Below, in pieces: positions 17,393 to 25,933 of a DNA stretch of 55,772 bases (positions are counted from its first letter, which is position 1; each line of letters opens with the position of its first letter). This DNA comes from Candidatus Poseidoniales archaeon. GTDB taxonomy: Archaea > Thermoplasmatota > Poseidoniia > Poseidoniales > Poseidoniaceae. The stretch is from NCBI GenBank assembly GCA_009887195.1, contig QXXX01000028.1, positions 1-55,772 of the forward strand, given 5' to 3'. Position numbers and translations under genes: made by a program. The notes under the pieces were generated by a model. The model worked only from the letters and a program-made list of their open reading frames with translations. It had not been told where the DNA came from and made no database searches.

Positions 17393-18394
17393 TTGTCCGA
17401 CCAACATCCGCTGAACAATCTCCTTAGAGAGATGCTCTTAGCTGTAGCAATGATATCCTTTCTTGTTCTTGGACTTTGGGCACATACTGGTACCATGCCA
17501 CCACTTGTAGTTGTTGAATCATCGTCAATGATTCACGAAAAATCTGGTGAAGTGGGAAGTATTGATGCTGGTGATTTGATTTTGGTCATGGACACACCTT
17601 ATGACAACATTGTTACATTTGCTGAATCAAGTGATCGATCAAACCAAAATTACGGTTACGAAATGCATGGCATGAATGGGGACGTTATAATTTATCAAAA
17701 GAATGGTGATTCAGGAACACCAATTATTCACCGCGCTATTTTGCGTGTAGAAGCGAGTCAAACTAATTCTCCTGACAGAAGCGTTGCTTCAGATGCCAAC
17801 AATTCTGCTCATTGTCCCGGTGGAGGAACTTGGGACTCAGGAGTTGTTGATGATGATGGTGAAAGTGGGACCTGTGTCCTTACATGGTCTGTTCCTGGTA
17901 CTAATGTTAGCGACGTTGAAACTATAACAATTCATTTTGATGGCCAGCAAGCTGGTTATTATGATTGCAAAAGATTAACCCATGCTAATGTAGAGCCATA
18001 TTTGGTGGTATGGAATTGGCAGCCAAAACATTCTGGTATCGTAACCCTTGGAGATAATAATCAATGTTCGGTTGATCAAGGCGGTTTAGTTGTCAACGGG
18101 TCCTCTGGAGTACACAGTACGTCGGGAGTTGCTGGACCTGTGCAAGAAGCATGGTTGGTTGGAGTAGCGGGCGGAGAAATACCATGGCTTGGCACTGTCA
18201 AATTAATGCTCAGTGGTCCTAGTTCGCCAGGAACCCAATATGTACCTGGTTCCTCGTTTGTGTTTCTAGCTATGGTGATTGGAGGAATCATACTAGCACC
18301 ATTAGGCTTAGAAATGGGGTTGAAGCGAATAATGGACACTTCCCCGGAACTAAGGCAAGCAGAATTAGAAACTGATTATTCCTCAGAAGAATAA
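17393..18394 (+). CDS. Signal peptidase I, archaeal/ER type (S26B, Ser-His) with inserted Cys-containing domain
   Basis: 333 aa with an N-terminal TM. The boxes are box B ESSSM, box C GDLILV, box D PIIHRAI (His rather than Lys) and box E VTLGDNNQCSVDQG, followed by a C-terminal TM. A ~100-aa insert lies between boxes D and E. The TTG start is preceded by GGGTGA. Confidence 0.7.
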   Translation: MSDQHPLNNLLREMLLAVAMISFLVLGLWAHTGTMPPLVVVESSSMIHEKSGEVGSIDAGDLILVMDTPYDNIVTFAESSDRSNQNYGYEMHGMNGDVIIYQKNGDSGTPIIHRAILRVEASQTNSPDRSVASDANNSAHCPGGGTWDSGVVDDDGESGTCVLTWSVPGTNVSDVETITIHFDGQQAGYYDCKRLTHANVEPYLVVWNWQPKHSGIVTLGDNNQCSVDQGGLVVNGSSGVHSTSGVAGPVQEAWLVGVAGGEIPWLGTVKLMLSGPSSPGTQYVPGSSFVFLAMVIGGIILAPLGLEMGLKRIMDTSPELRQAELETDYSSEE

Positions 18395-19137
18395 GATGAT
18401 TGCTCAATAATTGCTTCTTGCATTGTCAATTCACCTTTTGCCACAAGCAAGGCTAGTTGTTGGCTTATGGTAATTTGACCATTTGACATTTTTCGACTTT
18501 CAGTTTGAATGTATTTTACATCACCGTGTTTTGGCCTTAACTCGCGTAGTTCCCATATTCTCTGCCCACTGTTAGCGGCAATTCTGAGTGCTGAAATAGC
18601 ATGATTATTTCTAACCAGACCACTAGAAGTCTTACTTTCGTTAACCTGTTCAATAACCCAATTCTTCGCTATACAGTTGTTGATTATCTGGTCTCGAATT
18701 AGTGGGGCGCCATCACCAATGCGAATTAGCATGGTTTGAAATTCTAGAGATCTGATGAGTTTTTCTATTTCTGGCACTAGTTCAGCGACTGATGCTAATT
18801 GGGAGACCCCGATAAATGCCCCATCCACTAACCAAGCAAGCCCGGGATAAGGCCCCGGGTCTATCCCAATAGTCAAAAATACCGAATTTTCAATCCCTCT
18901 TAACAAAAAAATTGCGGAATAAACTGCAGATTCGATGCTATCTAAACTTACAGGTATTGACTTACCAACCGTTGGATGCTCGAGGATCTCGGTTGGAGAT
19001 GAAAACCATATTGTTGAGCGATTAACTATCTCGGTATGAATATCAATTACGTCAAACTTTAGGTTTCTTGTGCGCAGCACCTCGATAAGTTTGAATGATA
19101 ATTGGAAATCTTCAGTACGGATTGCCAGTCTGGCCAT
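18376..19137 (-). CDS. Hypothetical protein, possible RNase H-fold (RuvC/YqgF-like) domain
   Basis: 253-255 aa (ATG at 19137; the ORF is open to the TTG at 19143). The central segment LTIGIDPGPYPGLAWL resembles the first acidic strand of RuvC/YqgF-type nucleases, but the rest is unrecognised. It is divergent from hjc. Confidence 0.35.
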   Translation of the reverse strand: MARLAIRTEDFQLSFKLIEVLRTRNLKFDVIDIHTEIVNRSTIWFSSPTEILEHPTVGKSIPVSLDSIESAVYSAIFLLRGIENSVFLTIGIDPGPYPGLAWLVDGAFIGVSQLASVAELVPEIEKLIRSLEFQTMLIRIGDGAPLIRDQIINNCIAKNWVIEQVNESKTSSGLVRNNHAISALRIAANSGQRIWELRELRPKHGDVKYIQTESRKMSNGQITISQQLALLVAKGELTMQEAIIEQSSYSSEE

Positions 19138-19256
19138 GGCCAATCCAATACCTCAGCATCAACAAACCTACCGCATTTTACTATTCCCTTGAAAGTCAAA
19201 CCAATTAACAAGATTATACCGAAGTAATCAAAAGCGCTTGACATTGATGTTTACCC

Positions 19257-19916
19257 GTGAGCAGTAAGTATGAGAGAGAACTTCGTCAGGTTCTCGCTGG
19301 CTTATCCAAAGGCGTTGAAGCAATAATCAAATCTTGTAATGAGATTGAAAAAACGAAAATGCGCTTAGTAGAAAAGCGACCTTTTCTCGTAGTAAGGGCT
19401 GCTGGCTCTGGGATTGAGGGTTCTGGAGATTTACTTGCCTTAAGAGGTGATTTATGCTTCCCGATAGAGGTAAAATCATCTAAGAAAGATAAACTATACT
19501 TATCTGGGCGGACTGTAGATCAGTATAATTCACTAGTCTATGAGGGCAACCGTTCATCATTATTGCCATTGTATGCCTTTCGCCTAAAAGGAGTAAGAGG
19601 GGATTCTTGGAGAATATTCAGAGTTGAGACCGATACATTACACAGCAAATTAAGGCAATTAGCACCATTTATTCCAAGTCTACCAAATACCAGGAATGGA
19701 AAACCATATTTGAATTGGAATGATGGAATGGCATTAAACGAATTCATTGCCTTGGTTTGTTCAAAGTTTGGCCAAGAGGTAGAAGGTATGGAGACTCTAC
19801 AAAAACGAACTTCAAAATTATCTGTGGTAATCAATGAACCTACTAGCCATAGTAATTACGACAATAAACCAAAAAGAGATATCCTAGCTGAGTTACTAAA
19901 AAGAAAAGTCGCCTAA
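19257..19916 (+). CDS. hjc: Holliday junction resolvase Hjc (archaeal type) with insertion and C-terminal extension
   Basis: 219 aa with a GTG start. Motifs: KYERELRQVL, VVRAAGSG, GDLLAL and IEVKSSKKDKLYLS (the E-x-K nuclease core). It carries a ~25-aa insert after the first helix and a ~90-aa C-terminal tail that short Hjc proteins lack. Confidence 0.8.
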   Translation: MSSKYERELRQVLAGLSKGVEAIIKSCNEIEKTKMRLVEKRPFLVVRAAGSGIEGSGDLLALRGDLCFPIEVKSSKKDKLYLSGRTVDQYNSLVYEGNRSSLLPLYAFRLKGVRGDSWRIFRVETDTLHSKLRQLAPFIPSLPNTRNGKPYLNWNDGMALNEFIALVCSKFGQEVEGMETLQKRTSKLSVVINEPTSHSNYDNKPKRDILAELLKRKVA

Positions 19917-21380
19917 TTAGAAGTAAGGGATAACCAAGATAAACACAATCATACCCAATAATGCCAGGGACGATATGTTTGACGCCTTACTAGAGATATG
20001 TTCTATCCACATTGGATTAATGTCCCAGAATTTTAATTTCTTACCTACTTTCTTTACCCCATTAAGAATTCCACGTAACATATCTTTGAACATATGCCCG
20101 CCATCAAATGGGACCATTGGAATTAGGTTTGTGAAACCCAGCAAAATATTAACCCACAATAACCAAAAGAATAAGTTCACGAAAAATAGTAAACCATTTG
20201 TTCCTAATGCTTGAGCAAATGCATTATCTTCCGCTTCTAATAATGATTCCTCAAAAGGATGCATAGCAACGCCTTGTAGTTCAAATGGGACAATCATAAG
20301 ACTAAGAGTGTGAAGCGGGGCCATTATTGACTTTTGAGCCAAATTTCCATCCCACCTTGGAGATAATGGACCTGCTAACCTATCAATTCCAGCAGTACCT
20401 CCTGAGAGCCCTTCAACTCCTAAAAATGGCTGTCCTTCCTCTACACCAATTGATTCTAAATTACCTTTTGACCAACCAAGTTCAAGATAATAATCATACT
20501 TATCAGACAGGGTTGCATTAAGTGTCTCAACTTGTCCATCGCTGTGTTTAACGGTAAGAGCAATTGTGTCATTAGCACTGTAGCCTTCCATAGCATCATA
20601 GAATCCATCAACGTTAGAGATTTCTTGACCGTCAATCGACTGTATTGTGTCCCATGGTTGAAGACCTGCCTGATATGCTCCCTCATCTTGCACTATACCT
20701 CTCACGTGAACTCCATCATCTGAAGCAACAAATTGACTAGCTAATCCACCCAAGAACATCAAACAAATAATTGCTGCAAAGATATTGGTTGCCGGACCAG
20801 CAGCAAACATCCGCATTCTTTCCCTACTAGGTGCATTGGTCAACTCTTCATATTGTGGTTCAGCAAAAGCACCAAGTGGCAAGGGACCTAATTGCAATAG
20901 TCCAAATGAGCGAATTCTCATTCCATGAGCTCTTGCTTGCAGTCCGTGGCCATATTCATGAATTACAAGTGCTACGATAAACGCCAATGCACCCCAGCCT
21001 AGTGGGATTACAGGGTTTATTCCGGGTAGTGCAACAAGTTCGCTAGCAGATGGTGGATCTGTTTGGGGCGGGCTCAGCAGTGCGGTGAGGAACGCGACTA
21101 CCATCAATATGCCAACCATCAACATAGAAAATACGCAAACCCACAGAGATATTTCACCGTAAAATCGCCAAAAACCCCGGGGACTTGCAGTTTTATCAAG
21201 TAATTTTAGACCTCTTTTGCTTCTAACCATCAGTATTACACCAAAAACCCTAGTAGCATTCCACTTGTCAAGCGTACCATTATTTTCCCAAATTCGTAAT
21301 AAAACATACCAGACTAAAATCAAGATCATTATTGCCGACCAGTCGAAATTAACTGTCCCCCAGTCTGCAGCCATAGCCAT
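19917..21380 (-). CDS. Site-2 protease family zinc metalloprotease (M50) with PDZ domain
   Basis: 487 aa. Motifs: HEYGHGLQARAHG (HExxH), a PDZ-like GIVQDEGAYQAGLQPWDTIQSIDGQEI, and the C-terminal NLIPMVPFDGGH motif. It has multiple TMs. Confidence 0.85.
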   Translation of the reverse strand: MAMAADWGTVNFDWSAIMILILVWYVLLRIWENNGTLDKWNATRVFGVILMVRSKRGLKLLDKTASPRGFWRFYGEISLWVCVFSMLMVGILMVVAFLTALLSPPQTDPPSASELVALPGINPVIPLGWGALAFIVALVIHEYGHGLQARAHGMRIRSFGLLQLGPLPLGAFAEPQYEELTNAPSRERMRMFAAGPATNIFAAIICLMFLGGLASQFVASDDGVHVRGIVQDEGAYQAGLQPWDTIQSIDGQEISNVDGFYDAMEGYSANDTIALTVKHSDGQVETLNATLSDKYDYYLELGWSKGNLESIGVEEGQPFLGVEGLSGGTAGIDRLAGPLSPRWDGNLAQKSIMAPLHTLSLMIVPFELQGVAMHPFEESLLEAEDNAFAQALGTNGLLFFVNLFFWLLWVNILLGFTNLIPMVPFDGGHMFKDMLRGILNGVKKVGKKLKFWDINPMWIEHISSKASNISSLALLGMIVFILVIPYF

Positions 21381-21454
21381 CCCTGCAAGTCACTCAATTT
21401 GAACATTGACAAAACATGAACAAACTTGAAGAATGACCGATTGGAGGGTTTGTT

Positions 21455-22018
21455 ATGGAACCGGTAAGCGATGACATAGCCGCTTGGTGTACTCAGACCT
21501 GGAGACAGTCTCCTGAAGAAATACTTGAATGGTTTGAAGATGAAAACTCTATCCAAGTTTTCATCAAATTAACGCGTAGTGTTTTGATTGCAGATTTTGT
21601 GTTTAAAGAAAATGCTGCGGACAAGACTACTGATCGTATCGACATAAAGCACCATTTGCATATTCCGCTAGATATTTGGAACCCGGGTTCTATTCAAGCA
21701 ACTAGAATAAACGATGGTAGAGTAAGATTTAGACATCGGAATTCAGATATTATCCTCGCAGCTAAATTACGTGCACCGGAGTGGGGTAAAACTGTATTAG
21801 AAGATTGGTTAATGGGCTTGCGAGGAGAGCAGTTAAGGCCTAAAGATCGTAACCAAAGATTAGCATCTGTTAGAAGGACAAAACAAATTGTTGACAGAAA
21901 CCTACAGGCTGCTTCCCTAGACAATGCAATTGAAGATTTAGAATTAATATCTCACCGAATAACTTCGGCTGAAGTAGGTCTTAATCCATTTGAGAGCAAC
22001 ATTCTTGAAGCCGAATAA
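21455..22018 (+). CDS. Hypothetical protein
   Basis: 187 aa with GGAGGG 8 nt upstream of the ATG. I recognise no family. Confidence 0.5.
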   Translation: MEPVSDDIAAWCTQTWRQSPEEILEWFEDENSIQVFIKLTRSVLIADFVFKENAADKTTDRIDIKHHLHIPLDIWNPGSIQATRINDGRVRFRHRNSDIILAAKLRAPEWGKTVLEDWLMGLRGEQLRPKDRNQRLASVRRTKQIVDRNLQAASLDNAIEDLELISHRITSAEVGLNPFESNILEAE

Positions 22019-22867
22019 TCAACTCAAGCGAACTTTGTATCTTTCTTTGCCATTTACGTAGAGAGAAATTGTCCCTGATGAGGATACACATATTGCCGCA
22101 CATTCCGCTAATTGGGAAATAGCTCTAGCTGCTAGATGACGACCTCCTTCTCCATATTTTGGTTGAGTACCTGCCGGGACTTGGATATATCTCCCTGCAT
22201 CGCTAGCAACACCATCTTTATTGAAAAATATGGCTCCATCTAACCAGGCAAATTCAGCCATTGTTTCATGATTTTCATCAAGTAATATACTCTTTCTTTC
22301 CGCATCATGGCCTTTGAATGGGTTGAGTACTAAGGGTGTTGAAAATTTCCTCAGTTTGGGTAGCGAGCCAATTGCGAATAATGCTCCAACAGCATGTCCC
22401 TCTCTACCTCTAGAACCAATATGGCGTGCAAGTTGCATTGCTTTGGTTAGAACCTCTAATTCAATTCCAGTCTCATTAGCCAAATTAGCAAATCTATTGG
22501 CGCTAAGCATCGTTGTATCGATAGAAAATAATCCATCGATTGGATCGCCAAGAACCACCAAAATCCTCTCCCCACGTGAAATTCTACCTTCACCTATTGC
22601 TTGCAAAATCATATCATGTAACTGAGTCAAAATTTGTAGACCCATAGCAGAAAGTGATTCGTCCATTAACTGAACAGATATTTCTGATTCTTCAAAGGAC
22701 TCTACTACTCTAGATTTACTACTAAGAATGGTGATTTCTGTGTCTTTGGGAATTACATTGTATATTTGCTTTATTTTTTTGACACTATTTGAGATAATTA
22801 TCACACTGTCAAATTGTTTCCTATCTGAAGGGAATGAACTGGAGACCAGTTTTGCTAGGTCTACCAC
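22019..22867 (-). CDS. dacZ: Diadenylate cyclase, archaeal DacZ type (c-di-AMP synthase)
   Basis: 282 aa. The C-terminal DAC domain carries GHAVGALFAIG, DGAIFFNKDG (the DGA motif) and GGRHLAARAIS (the RHR-type motif). A non-membrane N-terminal domain is present, as in DacZ. The GTG start is preceded by AGGTG. Confidence 0.75.
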   Translation of the reverse strand: MVDLAKLVSSSFPSDRKQFDSVIIISNSVKKIKQIYNVIPKDTEITILSSKSRVVESFEESEISVQLMDESLSAMGLQILTQLHDMILQAIGEGRISRGERILVVLGDPIDGLFSIDTTMLSANRFANLANETGIELEVLTKAMQLARHIGSRGREGHAVGALFAIGSLPKLRKFSTPLVLNPFKGHDAERKSILLDENHETMAEFAWLDGAIFFNKDGVASDAGRYIQVPAGTQPKYGEGGRHLAARAISQLAECAAICVSSSGTISLYVNGKERYKVRLS

Positions 22868-22875
22868 GCAAACAC

Positions 22876-23505
22876 CTACTCATTAGTTGTATCAATACCT
22901 GGCAACTGGTCTTCTGATTCGCGGTAAACTGTTCTCATATTACTGATGAAATTTCGTTCCTTAATGACCAAAATATATTCATTGAAACCAGGGTCTTCTT
23001 CACCATTAAGATGTTTGAGCAATACTTCAAGAGTGATCCTTGCACCTTCACGGTGTGGATAACCAAATATGCCCATTGAGATAGGTGGGGCAACTATTTT
23101 TTTCACATCCTTCATTTCTTTGATTCTGTCAAACAAGTTGTGATAGGTTTCAGGAAGCAGTTGCCTTCGGGATTCATCTTGACTAGGACGACGACAATCA
23201 GGCCCTACTACATGGAATATGTGTTTGAAATTATTTCCCAAGTCATATGGTTCTGTTACTACGTTATTAGTTACTGCACAAGGTGGAGCGTTGATTTTTC
23301 GCTTTTCTAGACAAATATTCCTGGTAACCTGGGTTAATTCTTCCCCTGCCTTAGCATGAACTTGGGCATCCAAGCCCTCTCTACCTGAAAGACGGTTATT
23401 GGCGGGAGTAATTAGCACATCACCAGTTTGATTCCAAAGATCCCCTCCAACTACTCGTAACACACCCCATTTACAAGTACGGGCCATATATAATTCCGGC
23501 ATCAT
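22876..23505 (-). CDS. Macro domain protein (ADP-ribose / O-acetyl-ADP-ribose binding or hydrolysing)
   Basis: Motifs: VVGGDLW...DVLITPANNRLSGREGLDAQVHAKAG, HVVGP, and ISMGIFGYP. The start is uncertain: ATG at 23505 or 23487, with the ORF open to the TTG at 23535. The stop TAG is embedded in the SD of dacZ. Confidence 0.75.
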   Translation of the reverse strand: MMPELYMARTCKWGVLRVVGGDLWNQTGDVLITPANNRLSGREGLDAQVHAKAGEELTQVTRNICLEKRKINAPPCAVTNNVVTEPYDLGNNFKHIFHVVGPDCRRPSQDESRRQLLPETYHNLFDRIKEMKDVKKIVAPPISMGIFGYPHREGARITLEVLLKHLNGEEDPGFNEYILVIKERNFISNMRTVYRESEDQLPGIDTTNE

Positions 23506-23641
23506 GCAAGCATGGAGGGCCGTCTTACTTATCAAGTTCGCAAGATTGTTTGATTTTCACAGGTATTTTGCCAATTATGCATTAGGCGATGAATACTTTG
23601 CAATACTTCATTATCTTCCTAGTACTGGACATAACGATAGC

Positions 23642-23875
23642 ATGGCTGTGGGATATGTACTTGTGAATGTGACTCCAGGAATGGAAATTGAAGCTTATAA
23701 CAAAATCAAAGGGATGAAACATGTTGATGACATAACCGTGCTGTTTGGCGATTATGACTTGATCATAAAATTGGTTGCTGATGATTTAGCATCAATTGCT
23801 AAAACGGTTGTAGAAACTATCAGACCTGTTCAAGGTGTGATCAACACAAAAACTCTAGCAGGTGCAGACATCTGA
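23642..23875 (+). CDS. Stand-alone Lrp/AsnC-type ligand-binding (RAM) domain protein
   Basis: 77 aa from the ATG at 23642: MAVGYVLVNVTPGMEIEAYNKIKGMKHVDDITVLFGDYDLIIKLVADDL... is a typical AsnC_trans_reg fold pattern. The longer ORF from 23504 adds an implausible N-terminus that overlaps the macro gene. Confidence 0.65.
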   Translation: MAVGYVLVNVTPGMEIEAYNKIKGMKHVDDITVLFGDYDLIIKLVADDLASIAKTVVETIRPVQGVINTKTLAGADI

Positions 23876-23927
23876 TTTAGTGGCTTTACGCATGCCGTTT
23901 TCGCTTAATTCCTAGTTTCGAAAGGCG

Positions 23928-23965
23928 TGCTGCGCCCCATATGTAGCGCAGTATAGCGGTTTTTT
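23928..23965 (+). terminator. Hairpin plus T6 tract downstream of the Lrp-like gene
   Basis: CTGCGC (23930..23935) pairs with GCGCAG (23946..23951) around a 10-nt loop, and the stem is extendable with G-U pairs. It is followed by TTTTTT at 23960..23965. Confidence 0.45.
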
Positions 23966-24018
23966 GGAGATAATACTATATACCTAACCAATTTACTTGT
24001 TACCGGAGGTTATCCAAA

Positions 24019-24742
<724 letters not shown>

Positions 24743-24753
<11 letters not shown>

Positions 24754-25150
24754 AAATCTCCCTTTGTTTAATCCAACCACCCACCCACAATGCGATTACA
24801 ATCATTATGAATTGACCTATTAATCGTAATATATGCCATATTGTAGCGAATGTTTTTCCCTCTAATGGTACATCATTAATCCACATATTGAGGTTCGCAG
24901 AATAAATAGCCACTAAAAATAACGCCATTAGCAGGCTTGAATATTTTCTTGTTTTAGGAATAATTAATCCAAGTCCTAAACCGATTTCCATACCACCTGT
25001 AACCAAAACCCAGAAAGTAGGGTATCCTAGAATTGCAGGGACTATCGGCTCAAACCATTTAGGGTCTTGAAAATGAGCAATTCCGACATTAATGAAAAAT
25101 ATCCCAAGAGTTATTGATAGGATATTTTGTAATAAATCTGTCACATTCAT
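24743..25150 (-). CDS. DoxX-like family membrane protein
   Basis: 135 aa with 4 TMs. The pattern LGIFFINVGIAHF...GGMEIGLGLGLIIPKTR...LVAIYSAN is typical of DoxX/DoxX-like proteins. It starts 12 nt after the sdhB stop. Confidence 0.55.
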
Positions 25151-25162
25151 CCAGTATCGCCT

Positions 25163-25933
25163 TCAATAACGAACTTTTTGTCTTGTTAGCGTACGCCAAA
25201 TTCGTTGAAGAGGATCATAGTAACGGTCCACTACTCTTTCCTTTAGCTGAATGATTGCATCATCTGTAATTTGAATTCCGGCAGGACAAACCTCTGTACA
25301 ACACCGCGTGATATTACAATACTCAACACCAAATTCCTTCTTTATTTCAGGAATCCTATCTTCCATATCTAATGGATGCATTTCATATTGTGCAAGTCTA
25401 ACTAGATTCCTTGGACCAGCAAATTCGTCAAATAATGAATGGTCCCTTAGTACGTGACAAGTATTGACGCATAGAAAACACTCAATACATTCTCTAAATT
25501 GTTGAACTCTATCAGCTTCTTTTTGATTAAATTCCCAGTTCATCTCTTTTGGGCCTTTGATTGGCTTAATTTTTTGCGCCACTTCGTAATTCCATGACAC
25601 ATCCGTGACTAGGTCTTTTACGTGTGGGAATGCCTTCATTGGTCTAATTTCAATTGGCTTACCCTCTTCAGTCTCGTCTACAACATCACTCATTCTAGTC
25701 ATGCACATCAAACGTGGACGGCCATTGATTTCTGCTGAGCATGAGCCACATTTCCCTGCTTTACAGTTCCATCTTACTGCAAGATCTGGTTCTTGTTCAT
25801 GTTGGATTCTGTGAACGCAATCTAAAACCACCATCCCTTCATCTAACTCAATTTCATAATCAGACAATTCTGCGGCGTCACCTTCGCCTCTGGTAATCAT
25901 AAATTTCTGCATCTTTCCTTTCAAAGACATCAA
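25163..25933 (-). CDS. sdhB: Succinate dehydrogenase/fumarate reductase iron-sulfur subunit
   Basis: The cluster-binding cysteine motifs are CKAGKCGSCSAEINGRPRLMC (2Fe-2S), CIECFLCVNTC (4Fe-4S) and CTEVCP (3Fe-4S). It overlaps sdhA by 4 nt. Confidence 0.92.
   Translation of the reverse strand: MMSLKGKMQKFMITRGEGDAAELSDYEIELDEGMVVLDCVHRIQHEQEPDLAVRWNCKAGKCGSCSAEINGRPRLMCMTRMSDVVDETEEGKPIEIRPMKAFPHVKDLVTDVSWNYEVAQKIKPIKGPKEMNWEFNQKEADRVQQFRECIECFLCVNTCHVLRDHSLFDEFAGPRNLVRLAQYEMHPLDMEDRIPEIKKEFGVEYCNITRCCTEVCPAGIQITDDAIIQLKERVVDRYYDPLQRIWRTLTRQKVRY

Noticed and set aside
23504-23641. The N-terminal 46 codons of the 123-aa ORF listed at 23504..23875.
   Set aside because: This segment overlaps the divergent macro-domain gene and has an implausible composition. 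The Lrp/AsnC RAM-domain homology begins exactly at the internal ATG at 23642.
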